A DNA stretch of 64,000 nt from Acholeplasmataceae bacterium. GTDB taxonomy: Bacteria; Bacillota_I; Bacilli_A; Acholeplasmatales; Acholeplasmataceae. The notes beneath the pieces are model-generated. The model was not told where the DNA came from, ran no database searches, and saw only the letters and a list, made by a program, of their open reading frames with translations. The stretch lies in NCBI GenBank assembly GCA_963675245.1, contig OY775910.1:1024001-1088000 (forward strand), in the 5' to 3' direction. Each line of letters opens with the position of its first letter. Within the stretch, counting starts at the first letter, position 1. Position numbers and translations under genes: made by a program. Below are positions 19,768 through 29,452 of this stretch, piece after piece.

Positions 19768-21012
19768 ATGAAATTATATGATGAATTAATATGGCGAGGA
19801 CTCATCAAGGATGTTTCTGATGAAACGCTTGCTAGAAAATTATTAAACGATGAAAAAGTTAAATTCTATTGTGGTTTTGATCCTACGGGTCAATCACTTA
19901 CTGTTGGACACTTAGTTCAAGTGGTTCGTATTTTACTATTGGAAAAATATGGCCATACGCCTATTGTATTAATTGGTGGTGCAACGGGTTTGATCGGAGA
20001 TCCAAAACAAACAGCCGAAAGAAAGTTATTAACCGTTGAAGAGTCTTTAGCGAATGCGGAAAAGATTAAAATTCAACTCAGCCAGTTTATTGATCAAAAC
20101 AAGGCTATTTTTGTAAATAACTACGATTGGATTAAAGAAATTGATATGATCGCATTCTTACGTGATTACGGAAAACTCTTTTCTATTAATTATATGTTAG
20201 CCAAAGATACGGTTCAAAGAAGACTCGATATTGGTATTTCATATACAGAATTTTCATATATGTTATTGCAAGCAATTGACTTCTTAAAGTTATATCAAAA
20301 TGAAGGATGTCAAATGCAATTTGGTGGTTCTGATCAATGGGGTAATATCACCACAGGACTTGAAATGATTAGGAAGGTTGAAGGTGATAAAGCTGAAGCA
20401 GTTGGTTTATCATCACCACTCTTATTGAAAGCGGATGGAACGAAATTTGGTAAAAGCGAATCAGGCACACTTTGGTTAGATGCTGATTTAACTAGTCCTT
20501 ATGAACTCTATCAATATTTCGTCAATGCAGCAGATGCAGATGTTGATCACTACTTAAAGATGTTAACACTTCTTGAAAAAGAAGAGATCCTACGTTTAGA
20601 ACAAGAAGCAAAAGAAGCACCTGAAAAACGTGAAGCACAAAAAACGTTAGCTGGTGAAGTAGTTAAATTAGTTCATGGCGAAGAAGCGCTTAATGAAGCG
20701 ATTAAAGTCACGGATGCGTTGTTTAGTGGCGATTTTAATGATCTCTCTGAAAAAGCATTCAACATGTTAGCCAAAACGTTAGATACAGTTCAAGTATCAG
20801 ATGATGTGAATATTGTTGATGCATTGATTGATGCGAAACTCGCATCATCAAAACGTGAAGCAAGACAATTTGTTGAAGGTCATGCAGTATCGGTTAACGG
20901 TGAAAAACAATCAGATTTAGCGTATATGCTATCGGCATCTGGTGCGTTTTATCAAAGATATACAGTGATTAGAAGAGGTAAGAAAAAGTACGCTTTAATC
21001 GCGTTTAGCTAG
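19768..21012 (+). CDS. tyrS: Tyrosyl-tRNA synthetase
   Basis: YCGFDPT, TVGH (HIGH variant), [27 protein letters not shown]-terminal S4-like domain. Confidence 0.97.
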   Translation: MKLYDELIWRGLIKDVSDETLARKLLNDEKVKFYCGFDPTGQSLTVGHLVQVVRILLLEKYGHTPIVLIGGATGLIGDPKQTAERKLLTVEESLANAEKIKIQLSQFIDQNKAIFVNNYDWIKEIDMIAFLRDYGKLFSINYMLAKDTVQRRLDIGISYTEFSYMLLQAIDFLKLYQNEGCQMQFGGSDQWGNITTGLEMIRKVEGDKAEAVGLSSPLLLKADGTKFGKSESGTLWLDADLTSPYELYQYFVNAADADVDHYLKMLTLLEKEEILRLEQEAKEAPEKREAQKTLAGEVVKLVHGEEALNEAIKVTDALFSGDFNDLSEKAFNMLAKTLDTVQVSDDVNIVDALIDAKLASSKREARQFVEGHAVSVNGEKQSDLAYMLSASGAFYQRYTVIRRGKKKYALIAFS

Positions 21013-21021
21013 GAGGCTACG

Positions 21022-21873
21022 ATGGACGTATTATTGTTTAATCCATTATCAAGAAATGGTAAGGACCCAGAGTTTGTCAACAAGATAGCAAAGCATCTAG
21101 AACATGAAGGTAGATCTGTACGTGTAGAAGACATTTTACATGTGGGAAAGGTCAATGATTTTATTAAAAGTTTAAATCCTGAAGATCGTGTGATTTTAGT
21201 TGGTGGAGATGGGACGCTTAATCGTCTTGTTAATGTTATACACGGTATTCCATTTACACAAGATTTGGATATGTATCAAGCAGGTACAGGAAATGATTTT
21301 ATTAGAAGTTTAAATACATCTGACCGAATTGTCTCAATCAAACCCTATATTGAACGTGTACCAGAAATCACATTAAATGGCAAAAAAAGACTGTTCCTTA
21401 ATGGTGCAGGTATTGGCATGGATGGGTTTATCGCAAGACTCGTCAATAATGACAAAGGTAAAAAAAACAAATTCAATTATTTCAAGAATACGTTAAAGGG
21501 ATTTGTTTTATTTAAACCTATGAAGATTAAATTCAAAGTGGATGGTCAATCATACGAGGATGAAAAAGTTTGGCTTGCATCAGTGATGAATGCACCTTAT
21601 TTTGGTGGTGGAATGAAAATTGCACCAGATGCGAATAGGTCAGAAGATGAATTACAATTAGTACTCGTTAAAAAGATTCCCAAATTTATGTTATTTCTTA
21701 TTTTTCCAACGATTTATTCAGGGAAGCATGTTAAGTTTAAAAAATGGGTCAATATATATAAAGGAAAACATTTTGAATTAGAATTTGAAAAAGAAACATA
21801 TATGCAAGTAGATGGCGATGATGAATATCCAATCAAGAAGATTAACGTTGATGCATATGAAGACAAAAAATAA
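21022..21873 (+). CDS. Diacylglycerol/lipid kinase family protein (YegS/DAGKc)
   Basis: NPLS, GGDGTLN, AGTGNDF, GIGMDG, N..YFGGGM, QVDGD. Confidence 0.92.
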   Translation: MDVLLFNPLSRNGKDPEFVNKIAKHLEHEGRSVRVEDILHVGKVNDFIKSLNPEDRVILVGGDGTLNRLVNVIHGIPFTQDLDMYQAGTGNDFIRSLNTSDRIVSIKPYIERVPEITLNGKKRLFLNGAGIGMDGFIARLVNNDKGKKNKFNYFKNTLKGFVLFKPMKIKFKVDGQSYEDEKVWLASVMNAPYFGGGMKIAPDANRSEDELQLVLVKKIPKFMLFLIFPTIYSGKHVKFKKWVNIYKGKHFELEFEKETYMQVDGDDEYPIKKINVDAYEDKK

Positions 21874-21897
21874 ATGAGGCAAATTTTGCCTCATTTT
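21872..21897. terminator. Bidirectional terminator between the convergent kinase gene and trpS
   Basis: AAATGAGGCAAA-T-TTTGCCTCATTT palindrome flanked by A/T tracts. Confidence 0.75.
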
Positions 21898-22895
21898 CAT
21901 TTAACTCTACCTAAACCGATTTTTTTATAGACTTTATACATTTTCTTGCGAGCGATTTGACTTGCTCTGTCTCTACCCTTATCTAAAATTTCATCAAGAA
22001 CAGGGTCTTTAATCAATGCGTTATAGCGATCTTGAATCGGTTTGATCGTATTGACAACAACTTCAGCGAGATCCGCTTTAAAATCCGCATAACTTTTATC
22101 TTCATACTGTTTTACGATATCTGTAATAGTTTGATTTGTCAAAGAAGCATAAATCGTAAGTAAATTAGAAATACCTGCTTTTTCTTTTAAATCATAACGA
22201 ATTGTGCGGTCAGAATCAGTGACAGCACTTTTAATTTTATTTCTAATCACATTTAAATCATCTAAAAGTAGAATGTAAGCTTTTTGATTATCATCTGATT
22301 TACTCATCTTTTTTGATGGGTCAACTAATGATTTAATACGAGCACCAGTCTTAGGGAAGAATCCATCAGGTACGACAAATGTTTGACCATATATGTTGTT
22401 AAAACGTTCTGCTAAATTTCTTGTTAATTCTAGATGTTGTTTCTGATCATCACCAATTGGCACAATATCCGCATCATATATCAAAATGTCTGCAGCCATC
22501 AGAGCGGGATACGTCAGGAGAGATGTACGTATCCCATCTGATTGTTTAAGCCGTTTGTCTTTGTATTGTGTCATGCGTTCCATTTCACCGACATATGCGG
22601 TCGATTCCATAATATATCCTAAGCTTGCGTGTTCGCTCACTTCTGATTGTACAAATAAATTCACTTTTTCTGGATCTAATCCGCAAGCCACATATAAAGC
22701 TGCCACACTTTTAATAGCGTTTCTTAAAGAAACCCTTTCCTGTGGGGTTGTGATGGCGTGAAGATCAGCGATAAAAATGAAGAATTCTGTGTCTTCTAAT
22801 TCATCTTGTAAGGCAACGAATTGTTTAATCGCACCAATGTAATTACCTAATGTTAATTGACCTGTAGGCTGAATGCCTGATACTAATCGTTTCAT
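21897..22895 (-). CDS. trpS: Tryptophanyl-tRNA synthetase
   Basis: SGIQPTG, TLGNYIGA, YPALMAADIL, PIGDDQKQH, KMSKS. Confidence 0.97.
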   Translation of the reverse strand: MKRLVSGIQPTGQLTLGNYIGAIKQFVALQDELEDTEFFIFIADLHAITTPQERVSLRNAIKSVAALYVACGLDPEKVNLFVQSEVSEHASLGYIMESTAYVGEMERMTQYKDKRLKQSDGIRTSLLTYPALMAADILIYDADIVPIGDDQKQHLELTRNLAERFNNIYGQTFVVPDGFFPKTGARIKSLVDPSKKMSKSDDNQKAYILLLDDLNVIRNKIKSAVTDSDRTIRYDLKEKAGISNLLTIYASLTNQTITDIVKQYEDKSYADFKADLAEVVVNTIKPIQDRYNALIKDPVLDEILDKGRDRASQIARKKMYKVYKKIGLGRVK

Positions 22896-22909
22896 GATTA
22901 ACTCCTTTA

Positions 22910-23112
22910 TTAAAATAAAAACGTCCCTAGATAAAATATCTAAGGACGATTAATCGCGGTACCACCTTAGTTCCAGATATATCTCTGGCCCTCAAACCGT
23001 TATAGCCGGTATACTGTTAGCTCCAAGGGTCCATTCATTAACAATAACATCGTTGGCTTACACTATCCCAACTCGCTTAACATGCTAGTTATTAATTACT
23101 TATTCCTTTTCT
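22910..23112 (-). promoter_or_regulatory. T-box riboswitch (Trp)
   Basis: Minus strand: GAA-TGG specifier (CCA at 23031-33), AAGGTGGTACCGCG (22955-68), terminator CGTCCTTAGA..TCTAGGGACG plus TTTT. Confidence 0.9.
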
Positions 23113-23136
23113 TTGCTTATATTCATTATAGTTTAA

Positions 23137-24906
23137 TTAGTTAAGTTCGTCAAGCGCTTTTTCAAGTTCATCGAGTAAAACATTGTAACGTTTTGTGACT
23201 GCGTTAAACGTTTCTTTATCTGTTAAATCAGCACCTGCTTTAGCTAGTAAGTTCACTGGGTAATCTGAACCACCTGACTTAAGAAGCTCTTTATAACGTG
23301 CCATTGCACCTGGTTTATTAGATTTTACATCATCATAAAGTTTAAGTGATGCTGAGAAAGATGTCGCGTATTGATAGACATAAAATGGGGTTCTAAATAG
23401 GTGAGGGATATATGCCCAAACATATGCTTTACCATCCTCTTTTGTGATGTCTAAGTCATAATAATGTTTGTATAAATCAATCATAATCTTTGATAATTGT
23501 TGATCATTAATAGGTACACCTTTTTCGACAAGTTCGTTTGCTTTATATTCATAAGTCGCGAATAATGTTTGGCGGATAAAGGTTGCCATAAAGCCATCAA
23601 GTGCCTTTTCTAATAAGGCAATTTTTTGTTTTGGAGAAGTCGCATTTTTGACAAGGTAATCAAGTAAGATGTGTTCATTAAATGTAGATGCGACTTCAGC
23701 TACGAAGATGACGTAATCAGCTGTAGCCATAGGTTGTGCTTTGTTAGAAAAAATCGTGTGTGCACTGTGTCCTGCTTCATGTGCTAATGTGAAGACTGAA
23801 TCTAGTGTATCATCATGATTTAATAAGATATGAGGATGAAAACCATAGAATCCTGAAGAGTAAGCACCATTGCGTTTACCATCTGCTTGAAAGACATCAA
23901 CGAAACCATCAGCGATTGCTTCATGTTGATTAGCTACGTATTCTTCGTCCATACCATCTAGAGCAGAGAAGAATAGGTTTCTTGCAGTATCATAATCATA
24001 TTTAGTGTCGTCTTTCACGATTGTCATAAAACGATCATATGTATGATATTCATCAAGTTTTAAAGCTTTCTTTCTAAGTTTTATATAACGTCTTACTGTT
24101 TCATTTGACTCATAAGCAGCGTCCATTAAATTCTTATAAACATCTAAAGGAATGTTATTGCCGAATAAAGCTGCTTCAAGTGCTGAACTATATTCACGTG
24201 ACGTATAGTTTGCTTTTGCTTGTTGTAAGACTAAATTATAAATATTAGCAAATGTAGTTTTATTATCTTTAAAACGTTTGAAAGCAGCTTCAAAGATAGT
24301 TTTACGATCTTCAGCATTTTCCGCATTCGTAATTAAAGAACGGAAGTTTGTTAATGTAACAACCTGTTTTTTACCATTTGATAAAATGACTTCTTCGTCT
24401 TTAGCATCAACAATGGATAATGCTTGATAAAGTTGTGCTGGTACAGAACGAAGCGTACCGAAGTTTGCAAGTAAACTTTCTTTGTCATCGCTTAGCACAT
24501 GCGCTTGTTGTGCAAATAATCTTTGAAGAGGGAAGCGATAGGTTTTAAGTAAATCATCTTTTTCAACAAATGACATGACTTTTTCTTCACCTAATGCGAT
24601 AAGCTCTGGATTGACATAACTAACTTTCTGATTAAGCTCTGAGAACTGCAACATAATTTGTTGGTTCTTTGCCATCTTATCTTGATCTTTTAGGTTTAAG
24701 TCACTTGCTAAATGAATATAAGCGAATAAGCGATAAAAGAAATGTGATGCTTCTTCATCTGCTTCATAAAAAGCTTTAAAGGAATCAAAATCTCCTAATT
24801 TACCTTTGAATGATGCTAGTTTTTCAATATAGCTTGGTAATTTTTCTAAATCTTTTTCCCAAGCTTCAATATTTGGATAAAATTGTGATAAATCCCAGTG
24901 TGACAT
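23137..24906 (-). CDS. pepF: Oligoendopeptidase F (M3B)
   Basis: N-terminal WDLS, GKRNGAYS, TLAHEAGHSAH, FVAEVAST.NE, WAYIPHLF..PFYVYQYA; RBS GAGG before ATG 24906. Confidence 0.95.
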   Translation of the reverse strand: MSHWDLSQFYPNIEAWEKDLEKLPSYIEKLASFKGKLGDFDSFKAFYEADEEASHFFYRLFAYIHLASDLNLKDQDKMAKNQQIMLQFSELNQKVSYVNPELIALGEEKVMSFVEKDDLLKTYRFPLQRLFAQQAHVLSDDKESLLANFGTLRSVPAQLYQALSIVDAKDEEVILSNGKKQVVTLTNFRSLITNAENAEDRKTIFEAAFKRFKDNKTTFANIYNLVLQQAKANYTSREYSSALEAALFGNNIPLDVYKNLMDAAYESNETVRRYIKLRKKALKLDEYHTYDRFMTIVKDDTKYDYDTARNLFFSALDGMDEEYVANQHEAIADGFVDVFQADGKRNGAYSSGFYGFHPHILLNHDDTLDSVFTLAHEAGHSAHTIFSNKAQPMATADYVIFVAEVASTFNEHILLDYLVKNATSPKQKIALLEKALDGFMATFIRQTLFATYEYKANELVEKGVPINDQQLSKIMIDLYKHYYDLDITKEDGKAYVWAYIPHLFRTPFYVYQYATSFSASLKLYDDVKSNKPGAMARYKELLKSGGSDYPVNLLAKAGADLTDKETFNAVTKRYNVLLDELEKALDELN

Positions 24907-25114
24907 AATTAATACCTCTTTCGTTATTGATATGGTTCCATTATACATGAAATAGGGTTCAAACATGAACTTTGATAGATGCTAAATTATGAAAAATAAA
25001 TGGAAAAACGCTTCCACAGGTTGCAATATAAGGCCATCCATAATATAATGAAACTTGCAGGTGGAGACCATAAGTGCTATAGGCTAATACCTATGCTCCA
25101 AGAGGAGGAAGACA

Positions 25115-25576
25115 ATGATTACGATTTATACAACACCTAGTTGTTCATCTTGTCGGAAAGCGAAAAAGTGGCTCGATGATCATAAGATCAACTATGAGGA
25201 AAAGAACCTTTTCAATTCTCAAATCACTGAAGAGGATATTGACCGCATGCTCGAGCATTCGGAAAATGGATTTGAAGACATTATCTCAACGCGTTCAAAA
25301 GTATTTAAAGAAAATGATTTAGATATTGATGATATGCGTATTAGTGAATTAAAATCCTTTATCTTAGATAATCCAAGTGTTTTAAAGAGACCAATCATGA
25401 TTGATGGTGGCAAACTTCAAGTTGGTTACAATGATGAAGAAATACGCGTATTCATTCCAAAACGCCTGCGGGAAATGATTATGTGTGTTGATTGTCCTAA
25501 TGGTGATAATTGTGATTACCAATCTATTTTGAAACAATATTTCGCAGAAATTAAAGAGAAGCAACAGTCAAATTAA
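25115..25576 (+). CDS. spx: Spx/MgsR-family transcriptional regulator
   Basis: YTTPSCSSCRKAK.W, ENG..DIISTRS, LKRPI, LQVGYNDEEIRVF.P; extra Cys-rich C-terminal tail. Confidence 0.9.
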   Translation: MITIYTTPSCSSCRKAKKWLDDHKINYEEKNLFNSQITEEDIDRMLEHSENGFEDIISTRSKVFKENDLDIDDMRISELKSFILDNPSVLKRPIMIDGGKLQVGYNDEEIRVFIPKRLREMIMCVDCPNGDNCDYQSILKQYFAEIKEKQQSN

Positions 25577-25650
25577 GACGGAAGAGAACTTCCGTTTTTT
25601 TGTAGATGATTTGTCAATTATCGTTCAAAAAAAAGAACCATTAAAGGTTC

Positions 25651-26046
25651 TTATTTATTAGTGAATCTTTTCTTAATTGGTCCAAAGAATCCAGCCACTG
25701 ACGTAGCGACCATAAGGACAAGACCTAAAAGATATATCGTTTTAACAGTTGGTGCAAAATTTGAAGTCACATAAGGTGAATTAACCAATACACCAATATG
25801 TTCAATGTGTAATGCAGCGAATACCGCAAACAAAGAAGCACTAATTAAAACCATAGTTTCATCTTCAAAATACCAACCAAACCATAAAATGGCAACTGGA
25901 ATAATATAATAATAATAGTCGAGAAGGACAATGTCTGCATAGTCAGGTTCTTGGAAAAACTTAAAAAAACGAATGACGATTGACATGACGAGTAATATAC
26001 TCGCTATTATAGCGGTGATGAAATACAGTATGTTGCGATCTTTCAT
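25651..26046 (-). CDS. Hypothetical membrane protein (~4 TM helices)
   Basis: Four hydrophobic stretches; RBS GGAGG before ATG 26046. Confidence 0.7.
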   Translation of the reverse strand: MKDRNILYFITAIIASILLVMSIVIRFFKFFQEPDYADIVLLDYYYYIIPVAILWFGWYFEDETMVLISASLFAVFAALHIEHIGVLVNSPYVTSNFAPTVKTIYLLGLVLMVATSVAGFFGPIKKRFTNK

Positions 26047-26136
26047 GATAACCTCCAGGACATAATACCTTATTCTAATTATATGTTTAAAGCCAATAAA
26101 TGTCAATTTTTTATCAGAAAAAATAGCCCTTTTAGG

Positions 26137-26685
26137 CTATCTTCTGCATGTAAAGGCTCTTTCGCTCTTTCTTTTTATAGGAATTGGTGTAATATTGCAA
26201 TTTGAAAGCAATTTTTCAAAAACGATTTTACCATCTTCATAATTGTTAGCTTCATACTCTAATTCATAATCTGTCACGTTGCAATAATCACAACGATCAA
26301 GGAATAATGTGCCACCTTCGTAAGGTGTGCTTACACGGTAATTATCCAAACTGACTTGGAAAGTGACAAATTCATCTATATCATCAAAAAACTCTTTTGT
26401 ATAAAAGCCATTTTCAATCATATCCATCGCTTTTTCTTTTTTTAAGACAAAATGTTTCTCATAAGCTTCTTTATCACTTTGACATTTTAAAGTAACCTTA
26501 AAAAGTTCACCTTTTTGTCTAATGCGAAGAACAATTTGTTTTTGACTCAAAATATATTCATTTGTGTCAAAATAATGATTTATTTGTTTGAAAACATTAT
26601 TTTCAAGATCAAATTTTTTAAGTAGATACTGGTATGTTTCCAGCGGTATAATCGTTTTAAATTCGATTTCAACGTTTTGTGTCAT
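26137..26685 (-). CDS. CYTH-domain protein (YjbK-like)
   Basis: EIEFK (ExExK), QINHYFDT, LRIR, DYELEYE; near spx and pepF as in the Bacillus yjb region. Confidence 0.9.
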   Translation of the reverse strand: MTQNVEIEFKTIIPLETYQYLLKKFDLENNVFKQINHYFDTNEYILSQKQIVLRIRQKGELFKVTLKCQSDKEAYEKHFVLKKEKAMDMIENGFYTKEFFDDIDEFVTFQVSLDNYRVSTPYEGGTLFLDRCDYCNVTDYELEYEANNYEDGKIVFEKLLSNCNITPIPIKRKSERAFTCRR

Positions 26686-26856
26686 CTTTTACTCCGATCA
26701 TGTACAATTTGCCCCTATACATTATACCAAAATTACCCATATTTTTAAAGAAAAAACGTTTACATTTAAATCAAATATTCTAATTATTTGTTTTTAGTTA
26801 TAGTAATGGTAAAATAGTGATGAAGAAATAATCCACTCAAGGAGGAAATTATAATA

Positions 26857-27867
26857 ATGGCTATTAAAGTAGCAATTAATGGGTTCGGCCGTATAGGTCG
26901 TCTCGCTTATCGTTTGATCTCAGATGATCCAACGTTTGATGTCGTTGCAGTAAACGACTTAACTGATGCAGAAACACTTGCATATTTATTGAAGTATGAT
27001 ACAGCACAAAGACCTTTCAGCAAAGAAGTAACTTTTGAAGGTAACGATTTAGTGGTTGCTGGTGACCGTTTAACGGTTTTATCAGAAAGAGATCCTAAAT
27101 TATTACCATGGAAAGAACTTGAAGTCGATGTTGTATTAGAATGTACTGGATTCTTTGCAAGTAAAGAAAAAGCGTCATGGCATTTAGAAGCAGGTGCTAA
27201 AAAAGTTGTTATTTCTGCACCAGCTGGTAGTGACGTTAAGACAGTCGTGTATAACGTTAATGATGATGTATTAAGTGCAGATGATGATATCGTAAGTGGT
27301 GCTTCATGTACAACAAACTGCCTTGCTCCATTATTGAAAGTATTAGATGATAACTTTGGTGTTAAAGGTGGATTCATGACAACTGTTCATGCTTACACTG
27401 CTGACCAATCACTTCAAGATCAACCACACAAAAAAGGCATTCTTTCTAGACGTGGTCGTGCAGCTGCTGAAAGTATTATTCCATCTTCAACTGGTGCTGC
27501 AAAAGCGATTGGCCTTGTATTACCTAACTTAAAAGGTAAATTAGATGGTACTGCTTTACGTGTACCAACAGTCACTGGTTCTATCGTTGACTTAACAGTA
27601 GAAGTTAAAAATCATACAGATTTAGAAGCGGTTGATAAAGCATTCAAAGCAGCAGCAAACGAAACATTAGCTTATGTCTTTGATCCAATCGTATCAAGTG
27701 ATGTTATCGGCACAAGATTTGGTTCATTATATGATGCACACACAACTCAAGTTGTTAACTATGATGATAGACAATTAGTTAAAGTTATGGGTTGGTATGA
27801 CAATGAAATGAGTTATACATCACAATTAATTCGCACAGTTCAAAAATTAGCAAGTTTGATTAAATAA
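26857..27867 (+). CDS. gap: Glyceraldehyde-3-phosphate dehydrogenase
   Basis: INGFGRIGR, SGASCTTNCLAP, STGAAKAIG, RVPT, WYDNE. Confidence 0.98.
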   Translation: MAIKVAINGFGRIGRLAYRLISDDPTFDVVAVNDLTDAETLAYLLKYDTAQRPFSKEVTFEGNDLVVAGDRLTVLSERDPKLLPWKELEVDVVLECTGFFASKEKASWHLEAGAKKVVISAPAGSDVKTVVYNVNDDVLSADDDIVSGASCTTNCLAPLLKVLDDNFGVKGGFMTTVHAYTADQSLQDQPHKKGILSRRGRAAAESIIPSSTGAAKAIGLVLPNLKGKLDGTALRVPTVTGSIVDLTVEVKNHTDLEAVDKAFKAAANETLAYVFDPIVSSDVIGTRFGSLYDAHTTQVVNYDDRQLVKVMGWYDNEMSYTSQLIRTVQKLASLIK

Positions 27868-27885
27868 TGTAAAGAATTGGTAATT

Positions 27886-27910
27886 AAAATCCCCAAAAAC
27901 GGGATTTTTT
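27886..27910 (+). terminator. Intrinsic terminator after gap
   Basis: AAAATCCC-CAAAAAC-GGGATTTT followed by TT. Confidence 0.7.
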
Positions 27911-27919
27911 ACTTTTTCC

Positions 27920-27948
27920 TTGACATTGTAAGTTAAATCTACTAAAAT
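27920..27948 (+). promoter_or_regulatory. Sigma-A promoter of the riboswitch-controlled fibre operon
   Basis: TTGACA (27920-25), 17 nt, TAAAAT (27943-48). Confidence 0.7.
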
Positions 27949-27983
27949 AAATTGGATAATATAGAGTATTATCGAAACTAGAC

Positions 27984-28059
27984 AGATGTAAAGAGCAAAA
28001 CTAGAGGGATCTAGTGACGCAAAGCTATAGGGCCTAGACAAGGTAGCCAGTTGCCATTT
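27984..28059 (+). ncRNA. GEMM-I (c-di-GMP-I family) cyclic dinucleotide riboswitch, A20 variant
   Basis: GCAAAA-CTAGA-GGGA-TCTAG-TGACGCAAAGCTATAGGGCCT...AGGTAGCCAGTTGCC: GNRA-capped P2, GACGCAAAG core, P3; P1 AGATG(27984-88)/CATTT(28055-59). The register matches Vibrio Vc2, with A at position 20 (nt 27994). Confidence 0.92.
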
Positions 28060-28109
28060 AGAATTTTAAAAATGGTAATTTGACTCGGCTCTGATTAATC
28101 TCATTAAGC

Positions 28110-28144
28110 AAAGGTCAACATTACCAAGTTGACCTTTTTATTTT
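28110..28144 (+). terminator. Riboswitch-regulated intrinsic terminator
   Basis: AAAGGTCAAC-ATTACCAA-GTTGACCTTT followed by TTATTTT, between the aptamer and the first gene. Confidence 0.85.
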
Positions 28145-28171
28145 CAAATATTTTAGTAAGGGAGGCATGCC

Positions 28172-28759
28172 ATGAAATCACGTCGGAGTATACAGTACAT
28201 GGTTATTGTACTACTCGTGGCCGCATTAGGGTTTACATCATCAGCAGCAGTAGCATATTGGAATGATGTAAGAAATGTATCTAATGTTGTTATTAATTTC
28301 TCTGACGAAGAAGCAGAACTACTAATTGAACAGACAAGTGAAGACTTCACCGGAACATTAGTGCCTCATTATTATGATTTCTTTGAGGGGCAAACAGATG
28401 AAGCAATATTCACTTATACGGTTGCAGTAGATAAAACGCTTGTCAAAGAAGTTAAATTGATTGTAGAAGCAATCAACATTCAAATTGGGGGATCTGATCA
28501 GTATACTAACCTTGTACATATCAAGATCAACGAGAATGACATGTATCATGTGAATAATTTATTCAATTCAGAGGTGACGATCACGGTAGTTGTAACACTA
28601 GATGAACCGATTGATCAGCAAGAAGCTCTCGATAGAGGGTTAGATGAGAGTTTCGTTAATGTCACGGATTCAGTGGCTGCGTACGAGACCATAAAAGGTG
28701 AGGTTATAAGTTTCACACTCAGCTTTTTAGTAGAGCCAAAAGAAACTTCAGAAACATAA
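28172..28759 (+). CDS. Secreted protein with SipW-type signal peptide (TasA/CalY/TapA-like minor subunit candidate)
   Basis: Basic N-terminus, hydrophobic core, ...SAAVA/YWND then NVVINFS; beta-rich acidic body ending ISFTLSF.V; RBS GGGAGG. Confidence 0.65.
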   Translation: MKSRRSIQYMVIVLLVAALGFTSSAAVAYWNDVRNVSNVVINFSDEEAELLIEQTSEDFTGTLVPHYYDFFEGQTDEAIFTYTVAVDKTLVKEVKLIVEAINIQIGGSDQYTNLVHIKINENDMYHVNNLFNSEVTITVVVTLDEPIDQQEALDRGLDESFVNVTDSVAAYETIKGEVISFTLSFLVEPKETSET

Positions 28760-28763
28760 ACTC

Positions 28764-28849
28764 AAAAAATCCAATGTAAAAAAACAATGTAAAAAACAAA
28801 AATCCAATGTAAAAAAAAACAATGTAAAAACAAAAATTCAATGTAAATA
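28764..28849 (+). repeat. Tandem CAATGTA-poly(A) repeats in the intergenic region
   Basis: CAATGTAAA five times (28772, 28785, 28805, 28820, 28839), forming ~2.5 copies of a ~33-nt unit AAAAATCCAATGTA(n)CAATGTA(n)C. Confidence 0.9.
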
Positions 28850-28867
28850 AGGAAAGGGAATTTAAAA

Positions 28868-29431
28868 ATGAAAAAAAGAAATTTAGTTATTGGTTTATTA
28901 GTTACTTTAGCGGTTGCATTAACAGGAGCAACATTTGCGTTTTGGGCAGGCGGCATTAGCAATGCAGATATAACAAATACAGGTACAATCACAATTGGGG
29001 ATGCTGATGCAGTAACTACTGCTGTGAGTACAAGTGACTATGTAGTTGCGGGTAGTTCATTAGTTCCAGTAGGTTATGAGGATGCTGGTGATAGTGAAGT
29101 TAGCAGTGTAGATTTAGAATTCGTCGTTATGTGGAATGGTACAGGTGCTGAAGGTGCGCTTGGTACACTTAACGTTACAGTAGATTCTGTTGTTATTAGT
29201 GGTGGTGCTTCAGATGGTCAAGAAGTTGAAGTTGGCGCAGCTAGTAGTTGGGATCTATTCACAGTTGATTTAAGTAATGTAACTGGTGTTGCAGTTGTTA
29301 ATGGTACTGCTACAGGCACACTTTTAATCACTGTTACATTTACAAATGAACCTGCTGATGCAGCTCAATATGCAGCAATTGCAACTAATAGTATTATCGT
29401 TACTTTAAGCTTTGACGTTACAGCTGCTTAA
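28868..29431 (+). CDS. TasA/CalY-like secreted fibre subunit with SipW-dependent signal peptide (major subunit candidate)
   Basis: MKKRNLVIGLLVTLAVALTGATFA/FW is a SipW-type signal (G.T.A.[FW]); then TNTGTITIG; Ala/Gly/Thr/Val-rich beta protein ending IIVTLSFDVTAA. Confidence 0.75.
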   Translation: MKKRNLVIGLLVTLAVALTGATFAFWAGGISNADITNTGTITIGDADAVTTAVSTSDYVVAGSSLVPVGYEDAGDSEVSSVDLEFVVMWNGTGAEGALGTLNVTVDSVVISGGASDGQEVEVGAASSWDLFTVDLSNVTGVAVVNGTATGTLLITVTFTNEPADAAQYAAIATNSIIVTLSFDVTAA

Positions 29432-29452
29432 TATAGTTAACAATATCATCTA

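Noticed and set aside
28764..28849. Repeats as a possible CRISPR array
   Set aside because: Units are short, separated only by A-runs with no unique spacers, and no cas genes are in the window.
28762..28992. 76-aa minus-strand ORF with Phe-rich repeats
   Set aside because: It is the reverse complement of the A-rich repeat and the start of the 28868 gene; no independent support.
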